Virus genome (UHGV): UHGV-0257306
From: a virus
Reading direction: 5' to 3' (one strand)
DNA length: 35,687 nucleotides
Shown: positions 1 through 8,886 of the stretch, piece after piece
How positions within the stretch are numbered: the first letter of the stretch is position 1
How the letters are laid out: every line of letters starts with the position of its first letter
Made by a program: the position numbers and the translations under genes
Notes under the pieces: generated by a model
Seen by the model: the letters and a program-made list of their open reading frames with translations, nothing else
Told to the model about the DNA's origin: nothing
The model's database searches: none

Positions 1-1776
1 CTGGAGCAGATACTTATACGGCTCAATGTCTCCGCCCTGCGTCCCTATCGCGGCGATTTGCTGAATCATCTGGAGGAGAGTGGGGAGCATCTGCTGCCAT
101 GTCTCCTGTTCCTCTAACTTGTCGGGCTTACCCGTGGAGCCTGCACGGATAGAGACGTCTACCATATAGAACACGTCCTCCTTAGTCAGCATCTCCGGCC
201 AGTCATAATCCTCTGTCCCCATAATCCGCTCGATCATGGCTCTGTCCATGTGCTGGAGACAGATCTCAGCGGAGTAGACGGCCAGATCACTGAGCCAATC
301 CTCTACCTGATCAGTGAACTCAACGACACGGCCAGCCTGAGAGTTCTGCATAATCTTTGCCTCTGTGGCGGTCTTTGCCTTCACCACAGAGGAGCGAGCG
401 GCATCCTGCAGACCGCTCACCATTTCCCAGTCTTGCCTTACGGCTGAAGTATCATAGACGGCAGCGTTCACCTGAGGGACTGGCCGCGGCATGATTGACT
501 TACCAAGGCTATCCTGCTCAATGTCTAAAAATGTCACGTCTCCGATACGGGAGTCGACGAATGAGCGAGCCGCGGACGGCTTAACGTCAGAGGACGCAAC
601 CCAACCCGGACGGCTGCAGAGTTCCCGGAATGCGTTGAAGTCATCCCGGGCCCGGTTATGTTCGTCCTGCAGTTTCTCCGTCAGGTCCACGAGAGACGGC
701 CCGACAAAGCAGCCATCCACTACCTGATAAGGCAGGAGAAAGAACGGATACCAGCGTTTACCTACACCGGCGGGAGAGTACGGCTCCCGGAGCCACCAGC
801 GGCAACCCTCCGCCATGGTATAGACTCGCTGGCTAGCCTTATCCCAAATCTCATAGATACAGATCTGATCATCCTCTCCGGCTGATCGAGACGCGGAGGC
901 AATGCGCCGGGACACAATGCCCTGAGCCACGTCCTCGACGCCAGTATCCGGCGTGTAGACCTTGGCGCCATCCAGTTTCTTTCTGAAACGTTCCTCAGCC
1001 TCAGAGCGACGCATGGGGATAATTTGGGCGATCCATCCGGCGCTGGTGTAGTCCTCAAAGTTCTGGACAGCCGGATCAATCAGCAGGTTATCGATCATGA
1101 CTCTGTCGACTACAAGGCCATAGCCAGCCGTTATCTCGGCCCTCTCATCGAGAGCCGCCACAGTCTCGGAAAGCTCCTCATGGATAGCGTCAGAGTCGGA
1201 CGAGAGCCCGGCGTCCTGCAGTCTGGAGGTAAGCCCAGCCACGTGGTCGATGTTGTCCCGGGAGTCCTGTATCCGCTGCACCGCCACAGGAGCCGGTTCA
1301 GACTCCTGCCAGCAGACTTTCAGGCAGCCGATTGAAGTCGTGAGAGCGGCACGGACGGCCGCCTTAGCCCGGACTTTTAAATCAGCGTCTGTAAGGAGCC
1401 GATTGAGAACGGTCTCCAGCGTGTGCGCCAGCAGCTTCCCCTGGTCTCCATGAGTGGGCCGGACTTCAATCTCAGGGTTACGAGCGTAGACTGTGGGGAG
1501 GAGCGTCGTTATTGTCCCCTGTATGAGGTTCGCTCTCCGTGTTACGAACCCAGCAGACTCCGGAGACTCTCGCCAGTTGAACCCGTCCACAAGTTTCCGG
1601 TTATGTTTGCACCGCTTGAAGTAGGGCTCACTAGCTTTACTTGCTTTCTCCAATCGGGCCGCCCATTTCTCCGCCAGCGGGTCGGGCTCTGTGACCTGCT
1701 CAAGGAAATCAGCGGAGCCGGTTGCCCTGGCCTCGTCACCCTCTTCGACCACGGTTACAGCGTTATAAATGTCCAT
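1..1776 (-). CDS. Portal protein, 5' part (continues across the circular junction)
   Basis: ATG at 1776 overlaps the TerL stop (TAATG). Hand translation gives MDIYNAV...NLIQGTITTLLPTVYARNPEIEVRP...ALTTSIGCLKVCW and ends ...EPYKYLLQ at position 1. It lies directly after TerL. It is absent from the ORF track, consistent with no stop before the window edge. Confidence 0.85.
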   Translation of the reverse strand, partial: MDIYNAVTVVEEGDEARATGSADFLEQVTEPDPLAEKWAARLEKASKASEPYFKRCKHNRKLVDGFNWRESPESAGFVTRRANLIQGTITTLLPTVYARNPEIEVRPTHGDQGKLLAHTLETVLNRLLTDADLKVRAKAAVRAALTTSIGCLKVCWQESEPAPVAVQRIQDSRDNIDHVAGLTSRLQDAGLSSDSDAIHEELSETVAALDERAEITAGYGLVVDRVMIDNLLIDPAVQNFEDYTSAGWIAQIIPMRRSEAEERFRKKLDGAKVYTPDTGVEDVAQGIVSRRIASASRSAGEDDQICIYEIWDKASQRVYTMAEGCRWWLREPYSPAGVGKRWYPFFLLPYQVVDGCFVGPSLVDLTEKLQDEHNRARDDFNAFRELCSRPGWVASSDVKPSAARSFVDSRIGDVTFLDIEQDSLGKSIMPRPVPQVNAAVYDTSAVRQDWEMVSGLQDAARSSVVKAKTATEAKIMQNSQAGRVVEFTDQVEDWLSDLAVYSAEICLQHMDRAMIERIMGTEDYDWPEMLTKEDVFYMVDVSIRAGSTGKPDKLEEQETWQQMLPTLLQMIQQIAAIGTQGGDIEPYKYLLQ

Positions 1777-3161
1777 TAGAAAATCCTCATCGATCCGTTA
1801 TCAGAGACCCCTATAGAGCCGGGCTCCGGCATGGCTGGCGTTACAGGCTCAGACTCTGGAGCCCGTCTCTTTCTCATGACCGCATAGCGGAGAGCATCCC
1901 AGAGGTGATCCTCTTCGTCACTGTCGACGTCCTCCGGGTTAAGTGGATCAGGATCCAGTGAGGGAATTGTCCTAATACAGTGCTTACACGTGGAGAAAAA
2001 TTTGAGCTTATCTTCAGCCAGCAGCCGGACGATTTCCGCGGCTCCGTTAATGCGTGAGCCTTTTCCGTTCCATGCCGGTATCCACTTCACGCCAGCCTGA
2101 CGCATGGCCGTGGCTACGGACGGCCCGCCTACACCAGTGGGGGAGAATATTGCAGGGTCGGCCAAGTTAGCCCGGTACTCGTACCCGTTCCGGGCGTCGT
2201 TCTCTTCTATGGCGTTTATCTTTTTCGCCACGGTACCGGCGTCCTCTCTGGAGCCTACGTTAGGACGGCCGCCATAACCGTAGAGCTCACGCCAGACATA
2301 GATAACTCCGTCCGGGTTCATAGCCAGCCAGAGAGCCGCGTAAGGATGACCATAGCCCCAGTCAAAACCTTTCCAGACTCGCCAGCTGGAGGGAATGTAA
2401 AACGGGTTGACCACGTGCCGCGACGGATCCCAAACAGCCTCCAGAAATGAGCCGACATGGATCTCCCAATCCCCATCCAGCCACGCCTTGCGCCGGTTCG
2501 GATCGGATATCTTTTTGAGCGAGTCGACATAGCCCGGATCAGCCGCGAGCAGGTAAGAGTTCTCCCAAATGGTTGAGCGGATCTGTGTCCGCTGGCGGAC
2601 GCCGTCACCGATCAGGGAGCCGGGAGGCAGGACGCCGATCTTATACCGCTCTTTAACCCAGCCATGCCCGACGCCAAAGGGGTTAGTCGTAGCACGTACA
2701 CGCTTAGGAACGCCAGCCACGGAGGAGCGGCAAGTGGAGAGCATGGCCTCGAAAAAGTCAGCCGTGCGCCAGTTCGTCAGCTCCTCGAACCCTAGCCACG
2801 GATACTCATGGCCGTGATAATTCCAGTAGCTATCCGCATTAACGCCATACCTAAAAAAAAGCTGCTCTCCGCCCGGGAACGTCCAGCTATATGTGGACTC
2901 GTTGAACTTTGCGCCGGGGAATATCAGATGAAACCAGCGTTTACTCTTACTCACGACGTCCGCCAGCTGCGGATAAGTGAGTCGGAAAATGGCGCCGCGC
3001 CACGCCGCTCCGTACCCTTTCCCCACTTCTCGGGCGAAATCCATGAGCAGGGCGTCAGTCTTTCCGCCGCCACGGGTACCCTGCAGCAGACACTCGAACA
3101 CCGGGCAGGACAAGAAGGCCACCTGAGAGCCCGGCTGTGCGATCCATCCGGCCTCTGTCAT
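1776..3161 (-). CDS. terL: Terminase large subunit
   Basis: Walker A QGTRGGGKT, Walker B LGFEEL, ATTNP coupling motif, nuclease motifs GFDWGY and EDHLWDALRY. Confidence 0.95.
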   Translation of the reverse strand: MTEAGWIAQPGSQVAFLSCPVFECLLQGTRGGGKTDALLMDFAREVGKGYGAAWRGAIFRLTYPQLADVVSKSKRWFHLIFPGAKFNESTYSWTFPGGEQLFFRYGVNADSYWNYHGHEYPWLGFEELTNWRTADFFEAMLSTCRSSVAGVPKRVRATTNPFGVGHGWVKERYKIGVLPPGSLIGDGVRQRTQIRSTIWENSYLLAADPGYVDSLKKISDPNRRKAWLDGDWEIHVGSFLEAVWDPSRHVVNPFYIPSSWRVWKGFDWGYGHPYAALWLAMNPDGVIYVWRELYGYGGRPNVGSREDAGTVAKKINAIEENDARNGYEYRANLADPAIFSPTGVGGPSVATAMRQAGVKWIPAWNGKGSRINGAAEIVRLLAEDKLKFFSTCKHCIRTIPSLDPDPLNPEDVDSDEEDHLWDALRYAVMRKRRAPESEPVTPAMPEPGSIGVSDNGSMRIF

Positions 3162-3517
3162 TTCTTATCAAGCCCGGAGACCTGACGGCTCCACTCCTCT
3201 GGGGCCAGCTGAGCCGGGACAACGAGGACGGGAGGCTGGCCCTCAGGGATGAGAGCCGCTCCGTCCTTGCCGGTAACCTCTGCCGGGATGCACTTAGCCA
3301 GCAACTGGGAGAATGTCTTGGGATCCTTTCGCCCAACGGACACCAGCCAATCGGCACCGCCCAGCTCCTCGAACGCGTCGAGTACAGCCTGCTTTACAGT
3401 CTTGGTGAGCTTGTTCTGAGAGCCTTTAGGGCGACCGGGCCCAGCCTTGAGGTTTGGGTTCCCTTTATGTTTCTTTTCAGTTTTCTGAAGATTGTTTAAC
3501 TGTTTTCCCTCTGCCAT
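3158..3517 (-). CDS. terS: Terminase small subunit (putative)
   Basis: GPGRPKGSQNK motif and EVTGKDG tail; overlaps the TerL start. Confidence 0.75.
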   Translation of the reverse strand: MAEGKQLNNLQKTEKKHKGNPNLKAGPGRPKGSQNKLTKTVKQAVLDAFEELGGADWLVSVGRKDPKTFSQLLAKCIPAEVTGKDGAALIPEGQPPVLVVPAQLAPEEWSRQVSGLDKK

Positions 3518-3520
3518 TAC

Positions 3521-3733
3521 CTAGGCCTCCTCATTTCGTCTCAAGTATCTGGGGACGAGCTGAACCGTCCCGCCCTCATCATCCAAATACCGGACTCGGA
3601 TCCGATCAGCGGGAGCCAGCCGAGACTCTTCTCCGACCCAGGCCTCGACAACGCCCGTTCGCCCGGACGGCAGCCGGACACGGGACCCTATAGGGAAATC
3701 TTCACGGGGAACTGGCTCAAGGCGGTGCTTCAT
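3521..3733 (-). CDS. Small hypothetical protein (SH3/KOW-like beta pattern)
   Basis: ATG at 3733 (MKHRLEP...FPIGSRVRLPSGRTGVV) is more plausible than the ORF-track start at 3841; abuts terS. Confidence 0.6.
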   Translation of the reverse strand: MKHRLEPVPREDFPIGSRVRLPSGRTGVVEAWVGEESRLAPADRIRVRYLDDEGGTVQLVPRYLRRNEEA

Positions 3734-3868
3734 AAGGTAAGGATGCCTCTGAAAAAAGCGCTCAAGAAGAAAAATCAGGGATAAGGAGTCACTTCGAATC
3801 CGCTGCCCTGGCGACTGGCTCCGTGAGTGTATGAAGGACAAAACTCGCTGGGATCATGCTCACTCCTC

Positions 3869-4582
3869 TTAGAACGGGATATCGTCGAAAGAATCGGAGG
3901 AATAGGAAGAGACCCACTCAGGGATATCGTCCTCTTTGGCGCTAGGACCGCCTGCAAGCGTCTTCCTGGCGGTAGCCGGTACAACTGAACCTTTGGCGCT
4001 TTTAGCTCGCTCCTCGGCGATCAGAGTAAGGAATGGAGGGATCGCGGCTTCTGCCTCTTCTCTCTTTCTCAGACCTTCTCTCGCTTCAGTAATCGCAGAC
4101 TCTGACGGAGTATCCCCGAACTGCTTGCGGACAAAGAGCTCATCCTCGAGCCTGAGCGGGCGATGCTCGGCGTAAGCGATCAGCTTCCGCCACATCCACT
4201 CTTTTCCGGTCAGCGCTGGGAGATCATGTCTCGCAGTGAGCCAGCGGTGGTAAGCCGCATTGACCGCGGGATCGGCGGGAGTCACTGCCGAAACCGTCAC
4301 CTCTTTGGCGCTGTCTTCCTGAACTTTCTTCTCTTGAGCCCGCTCACGGATTTCCTTGGCAGACTTCACGATGTCGGATGGTGCTGCCATCTTGCTGTGA
4401 CGCTTCGGCCAGTCAGTAAGCGCTGAGATAGCCGCCCATGCGGGGACTTCATCCTTGAGACAAGAAACCCAGAGAACGAGCCCCTTTTCTGATGGGGTTT
4501 TAGCTCCTAAGAGATCAGCGAGCCCCGTAACCTGATCGGTGATCTGCTTGACGTCAGATCCTTCGTACTTAAATCCAGTCAT
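3869..4582 (-). CDS. Replication-associated protein, possible helicase loader
   Basis: Overlaps the initiator gene; W...APSDI pattern resembles loader/G39P-like proteins; ends in an acidic DDIPF tail. Confidence 0.5.
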   Translation of the reverse strand: MTGFKYEGSDVKQITDQVTGLADLLGAKTPSEKGLVLWVSCLKDEVPAWAAISALTDWPKRHSKMAAPSDIVKSAKEIRERAQEKKVQEDSAKEVTVSAVTPADPAVNAAYHRWLTARHDLPALTGKEWMWRKLIAYAEHRPLRLEDELFVRKQFGDTPSESAITEAREGLRKREEAEAAIPPFLTLIAEERAKSAKGSVVPATARKTLAGGPSAKEDDIPEWVSSYSSDSFDDIPF

Positions 4583-5420
4583 CTACAGTGTCCTTTTCCT
4601 CTTCCTTCGTGTCGTCTGTGATCCCCAGAGCCTTGATGACGTTGGCTACCGTCCTATCCATGCTGGAGCGTGAGTCGGTCTCTTTCTCGTAATCCTTAAC
4701 CGCCTGCCAATCGGCGTTGATCGAGATCCATCCCCGTGTGGCGCATAGCTCAACCGCTTGCTGGACTGAGAGACCAGACTTAACGACCTGGGCTTTGAAG
4801 TGCTTCCATGCCGTCTCGGTGAGCGGTGAGTGCTTCGCCTTTCGTACCGTCATCCAGTCCTTAAAAGCGGTTTCAGTGAGTTCGACGCCGAGCTCTGGAG
4901 GTTTGAATGCCTGAGTTTTGGTTTTCTCTTTCTTTGGGTGGGTACAGTTCTGTGCGGAGGTACAGATTTGTACGGGGGCAACACCGTCAACGAGGTGGTG
5001 GTACTTATTACCTTTATCTGTTCTCTGATCTGTTAATTGATTTGTTAGACCCCCAAAATTGGGTGTACCGGAACTACCGTTTTTGGGTGTACCGGAACTA
5101 CCAAATTTGGTAGTACCGTTTTTGGTACTACCGTTTTCGGTACTACCGTTTTTGGGTGTACCGACCTCAATGAGCTCATAGGTGTTGGAGTTGTTTCTTC
5201 CCCCACGGGTAACACGAATGACTCCACGGCTCTTCAGGTCGCGAATAGCTGCATAGGCCGTCTTTTCATTCATGCAGGAATCTTCAGCAATACGAGCCAC
5301 TGAGGGGAATCCTTTCAGATCCTCTCCAGCGTATTTAGCAATAGCCAGCAGAACCATCCTCTCGGCCATGGTTCTGGCGTCAGCTTCCCACGCTACATCT
5401 GTAGCCTTGTACCCATGCAT
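4569..5420 (-). CDS. Replication initiator protein (lambda O-like, N-terminal winged HTH)
   Basis: ATG at 5420 just after the cro stop. GFPSVARIAEDSCM...AIRDLKSRGVI...NSNTY HTH, internal iteron-encoded TPKNGS repeats, C-terminal DWMTVRKAK...RGW. Confidence 0.85.
   Translation of the reverse strand: MHGYKATDVAWEADARTMAERMVLLAIAKYAGEDLKGFPSVARIAEDSCMNEKTAYAAIRDLKSRGVIRVTRGGRNNSNTYELIEVGTPKNGSTENGSTKNGTTKFGSSGTPKNGSSGTPNFGGLTNQLTDQRTDKGNKYHHLVDGVAPVQICTSAQNCTHPKKEKTKTQAFKPPELGVELTETAFKDWMTVRKAKHSPLTETAWKHFKAQVVKSGLSVQQAVELCATRGWISINADWQAVKDYEKETDSRSSMDRTVANVIKALGITDDTKEEEKDTVDDWI
5031..5163. repeat. Replication origin iterons within the initiator gene
   Basis: Six CC-N6-GG units: 5053 CCAAAATTGG, 5077 CCGTTTTTGG, 5101 CCAAATTTGG, 5116 CCGTTTTTGG, 5131 CCGTTTTCGG, 5146 CCGTTTTTGG. 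They sit next to an AT-rich patch at 5031-5049. Confidence 0.75.
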
Positions 5421-5422
5421 GG

Positions 5423-5635
5423 TCAGACTCCTCGAGGAAGACCTTCCCACGCCTTGAGCCTTGGGTACTTCAGCATGAGGAACGGCACTTGGCTCTGAGG
5501 AACTCCTAGGCGCTTCCACTTTGTGATAGCTGCTGGCGATACTCCAAAGCTCAGAGCCATCTGTGTCTGTGACTCAAACCGGGAAGCAATCTCGGCGTAA
5601 GCCAACTTTCTGCGCTCGATAGAAATGTCGATCAT
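5423..5635 (-). CDS. cro: Cro-like repressor
   Basis: 70-aa HTH (SQTQMALSFGVSPAAITKWKRLGVP), divergent from cI. Confidence 0.85.
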   Translation of the reverse strand: MIDISIERRKLAYAEIASRFESQTQMALSFGVSPAAITKWKRLGVPQSQVPFLMLKYPRLKAWEGLPRGV

Positions 5636-5639
5636 GGTA

Positions 5640-5731
5640 ACAACTTTGGTTAATAATGTTGTTTTGTATTTTAACTTGAGTTAATGACATTGTAAACCCT
5701 TAATTTTCACCAATGAATTAACCTTAGTTCA
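5640..5731. promoter_or_regulatory. OR-like operators and PR-like promoter
   Basis: Operators ACAACTTTGGTTAA (5640-53), TTAACTTGAGTTAA (5671-84) and TTAACCTTAGTTCA (5718-31). Minus-strand promoter TTTACA (5696-91)-17 nt-TAAAAT (5673-68) is overlapped by the best operator. Confidence 0.75.
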
Positions 5732-5748
5732 TGAGCTAGGAGATTGAC

Positions 5749-6402
5749 ATGGAATCATGGAATGATCGTCTACGGCTTGCTATGGACCGAAAAGGAATGC
5801 AAGCCGCGGATCTTAGCCGCGCGACCGGGTTATCTGGCGCCGGCATCAAGAAGTGGGTTGACGGGGTCACCCTCGAACCCAAATACAGAGATGTCGTTCG
5901 CGCTTGCAAAGCGCTTGGCGTCTCTCCTATATGGTTAATGGACGGAAGAGGAGAACTAGCACCTCTCAATGAAGAAGAAACGGCCATCATTGACAGGGTC
6001 GACATAAAAGGATCGTGTGGATATGGGACTATCAACTTCGAGCAGGTCCCTCAAGTCCAGCGGCTTTTAGTATCCAAGAGGTGGTTTGAGCGCAATTTCT
6101 CTTATTACAGGCCGGACAACATTAAGGTCATCACCGCCTTGGGAGATTCGATGTCACCAGACATCAATGACGGAGACGCGGTTTTCATTGATATATCCGA
6201 TAACGACTTCATTCGTGATGGAGTTTATGCAGCGCTTATCGATGACGAGCTCTACATCAAGCGAGTTCAGAAAGCTCCTGGGAAGCTTATCTTCATAAGC
6301 ACAAACACAGCCTATAAACCCTTTGAAATCCCAATCGACGGACCGTCTACCATCAAGTTCATCGGTCGCGTGGTAAAAAGCATGTGCTTCAAAGACCTTT
6401 AA
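5749..6402 (+). CDS. cI: CI-like repressor (HTH plus S24 autopeptidase)
   Basis: N-terminal HTH; SCG cleavage-region motif, GDSMSP catalytic Ser and YIKR catalytic Lys; RBS AGGAG. Confidence 0.93.
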   Translation: MESWNDRLRLAMDRKGMQAADLSRATGLSGAGIKKWVDGVTLEPKYRDVVRACKALGVSPIWLMDGRGELAPLNEEETAIIDRVDIKGSCGYGTINFEQVPQVQRLLVSKRWFERNFSYYRPDNIKVITALGDSMSPDINDGDAVFIDISDNDFIRDGVYAALIDDELYIKRVQKAPGKLIFISTNTAYKPFEIPIDGPSTIKFIGRVVKSMCFKDL

Positions 6403-6426
6403 CCAAAATCATTTATCCCGCTAAAT

Positions 6427-6451
6427 AAAAGCCGCCTTCGGGCGGCTTTTT
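6427..6451. terminator. Bidirectional intrinsic terminator after cI
   Basis: AAAAGCCGCC-TTCG-GGCGGCTTTTT. Confidence 0.9.
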
Positions 6452-6453
6452 CT

Positions 6454-6544
6454 TTAACCAACGTTCATAAATTTTTGTTCTTACCCTCTCTCGCTCTTTA
6501 CTTTTGTGTTTACCTAGGTTAATATTCATTCCAACAAAAGTTAA
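6454..6544 (+). promoter_or_regulatory. OL-like operators and PL-like promoter
   Basis: Operators TTAACCAACGTTCA (6454-67), TTTACCTAGGTTAA (6509-22) and CCAACAAAAGTTAA (6531-44). Promoter TTTACT (6497-6502)-17 nt-TAATAT (6520-25). Confidence 0.7.
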
Positions 6545-6564
6545 ACCTCTCTAAGGACAAAATC

Positions 6565-7191
6565 ATGTTGGTTACGAAAGACGCGAACGGGAACAAAATT
6601 TTTGCCGCCATTGCGGTTCACTCCGCCATCACTCAGCTCAGCAACAACTGCCGCCTCGAGCGTGCCGCTGACTCCATCGGTCACGGTGAAGCCGGGTACA
6701 TCGATGATCCGGAAGCTTTCCTTCTCTACGTCGAGCTCACCTCTGGCGGTGCTCTTACCGACCTGATCTCCGCCATCAAGTCTGATGAGATCGGAAAGGA
6801 CGAAAACGGCGCCGAGAAGACGGTCGAAATCTTCGCCACAGCCCCTACCAAGGACGGTCTCTATGAAGAGTGCGCCGATTTTGGTGACTCCCGCGGTATC
6901 TACCGTGACGCTCCGATCGACAGCATCCCCACTGTTCCCGGTGTCGAATTGATCACCATTGCCGGCATCTGGAAGGAGAGCGAGAGCCTCCTCTCCGCCG
7001 ACGAGGACGGTGACACGCCCTATGACAAGGCTCTCGGCTATGCCGCCGAAGAGATCGGCCGGATCAGCATCCGGGATCTCGCCCGGGACATCACCGAGGA
7101 AGGTGCCTCTGACGGCTACGCCATGCCGGATGAAGGCGAAATCATGGACGACCTTGAGTCCCTCAAGCGTGATCAGGAAGAAGAGTTCTGA
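6565..7191 (+). CDS. Strongly acidic hypothetical protein, first early gene
   Basis: RBS TAAGGA; by hand count 47 D+E versus 17 K+R in 208 aa. Confidence 0.8.
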   Translation: MLVTKDANGNKIFAAIAVHSAITQLSNNCRLERAADSIGHGEAGYIDDPEAFLLYVELTSGGALTDLISAIKSDEIGKDENGAEKTVEIFATAPTKDGLYEECADFGDSRGIYRDAPIDSIPTVPGVELITIAGIWKESESLLSADEDGDTPYDKALGYAAEEIGRISIRDLARDITEEGASDGYAMPDEGEIMDDLESLKRDQEEEF

Positions 7192-7202
7192 GGAGGCGCG
7201 CC

Positions 7203-7403
7203 ATGACTGAAGACAGCATCAAGGAAAGCCAGTACGAAGCCGCCCGCCGCGAGCGTGAAGCGACCGAGAGCCTCATGGAGGAGGACACCGCTAAGGAGAT
7301 CCTCGGATGGATCTTCGAAGCCGCTGTCACCTTCCTCTCGATCTTCGTGATAACTGCGGCACTTCTCTCCTTTTTCGGGATCCTTGATATCCACATCATC
7401 TAA
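7203..7403 (+). CDS. Small membrane protein
   Basis: RBS GAGGAGG; single C-terminal hydrophobic segment. Confidence 0.7.
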   Translation: MTEDSIKESQYEAARREREATESLMEEDTAKEILGWIFEAAVTFLSIFVITAALLSFFGILDIHII

Positions 7404-7414
7404 GGACGGCACAA

Positions 7415-8053
7415 ATGGCTAATGAAACTGCCACAGCAAAGGTATTCAGCGCTGCTCTGGAGGTATCCCGGGCGCTTGGGCGTGAAGGAATTGGCAAGCG
7501 TTCCTCCAATGGCCTGAGGTACTCATACCGATCGATTGAGGACGTACTGGCGGCATTGAACCCGCTCCTGCACCAGCATCACCTGATCATTTTCCCCGAG
7601 AAGATTGAGCAGGCACCGGAGCAGACGGTTAGCACGCAGAAGGGAGGAGTCCAGCGTCTTGTCAGAGCGACAGTTACATATCGCTTTGTGAGCACGGAGG
7701 ACGGGAGCTTCTTCACTGTGCAGACGCTGGGCGAAGGATTGGACAGCAGCGACAAGGCAAGCGGGAAAGCGATGAGCTACGCCTTTAAGAATGCCATGTT
7801 CCAGGTCTTCTGTATCCCGGTTTATGGCATGCCCGATCCAGACGCCGAGCAGGCCACAGCGATAACGGCGCCTCCTGTCCCTCAGGATCTGCTTGACCGG
7901 GCACGGGACGCCGCCATGTGCGGACTTGATTCTTATAAGACCTTTTTCAAAGGGCTTAAACATGCGGAGCGTAAAACCCTCGTTGACTCAGGAGAGCACG
8001 AAAAACTTAAGGAAGCAGCTGGAAACGGAGAAGGAGATGGAAATGCTTACTAA
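7415..8053 (+). CDS. ERF-family single-strand annealing protein
   Basis: YSYRSIEDVLAALNPLL and GEGLDSSDKASGKAMSYAFK motifs followed by DPD. Confidence 0.85.
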   Translation: MANETATAKVFSAALEVSRALGREGIGKRSSNGLRYSYRSIEDVLAALNPLLHQHHLIIFPEKIEQAPEQTVSTQKGGVQRLVRATVTYRFVSTEDGSFFTVQTLGEGLDSSDKASGKAMSYAFKNAMFQVFCIPVYGMPDPDAEQATAITAPPVPQDLLDRARDAAMCGLDSYKTFFKGLKHAERKTLVDSGEHEKLKEAAGNGEGDGNAY

Positions 8054-8729
8054 TAATTTCACTGTTCGCACCTCTGAGCCGAGCGGCTCCAACCCGCTCC
8101 AGCGTACCGCCAAATGGTTCTCCGATCGCTGCGGATCTCTCACAGCATCCCGAGCCGCTGACGCTTTGGCTGTTTCCGCAAAGACCGGGAAACCTCTCAA
8201 ATCCCGACAGGATTTAATCGACGTGCTTATCGCTGAGCGGGCTACTGGCATCGCCCAAAGCGTCGGGACGACGTGGGCCATGCAGTGGGGGATAGACCAC
8301 GAGGCAGAAGCGCGCGCGGCTTATGAGGCCGCTACGGGCGAGATGGTGGATCTGGTCGGCTTCATCCCTCACCCAGATATCCCCTGGCTCGGGGCTTCTC
8401 CTGATGGGCTTGTCGGATCGGATGGGCTTGTAGAAATCAAATGCCCCCAGACTGTCACGCATCTGCGCCGAGTAGCGGCTGGAGTCCCCGCTCCTGAGTA
8501 CCTCACTCAGATGGACGTGCAGCTGATCTGCACCGGGAGGAAGTGGTGCGATTACGTCGACTATGACCCTCGGCTGGAGGCCAGAGCCCCCGGGCTTACG
8601 CTCTTTGTCCGGAGATATCAGCCTACTGCCGAGCACCTCGCCGCCACACTGGAAGCATGTAAGGCTTTCCTCGGCGAAGTAGAAACCCAGTACAAGAGCC
8701 TTATGAATCTGGAGGCCGCAAATGCCTGA
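8043..8729 (+). CDS. YqaJ/lambda-exonuclease family protein
   Basis: QRTAKW...RCGSLTAS, AMQWGIDHEAEAR, GASPDGLV...EIKCP motifs; start at 8043 after AAGGAG. Confidence 0.92.
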   Translation: MLTNNFTVRTSEPSGSNPLQRTAKWFSDRCGSLTASRAADALAVSAKTGKPLKSRQDLIDVLIAERATGIAQSVGTTWAMQWGIDHEAEARAAYEAATGEMVDLVGFIPHPDIPWLGASPDGLVGSDGLVEIKCPQTVTHLRRVAAGVPAPEYLTQMDVQLICTGRKWCDYVDYDPRLEARAPGLTLFVRRYQPTAEHLAATLEACKAFLGEVETQYKSLMNLEAANA

Positions 8730-8874
8730 CACCAAGACCCTAACCCTTTCCCGAGAAGAAGCCCGGCGGATCCTCTTCGAGTGGTATCTGGTTCTTATCG
8801 CACAGGATAAGTCACTGCTCGAGGGAGAGGATAAGCAGCTGGCTGATCGGATTCTTAATTTTTTGAATAACTAG
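8722..8874 (+). CDS. 50-aa hypothetical protein
   Basis: RBS GGAGG; MPDTKTLTLSREEARRILFEW...FLNN*; fills the gap between the exonuclease and ssb genes. Confidence 0.65.
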   Translation: MPDTKTLTLSREEARRILFEWYLVLIAQDKSLLEGEDKQLADRILNFLNN

Positions 8875-8886
8875 GAAAAGAAATAA

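Noticed and set aside
250..1961. Numerous short ORF-track calls on both strands
   Set aside because: They are shadows of the portal and terL genes on the minus strand.
5050..5165. CRISPR-like array
   Set aside because: Units are short and degenerate with no unique spacers, lie in frame in the initiator gene, and no cas genes are present.
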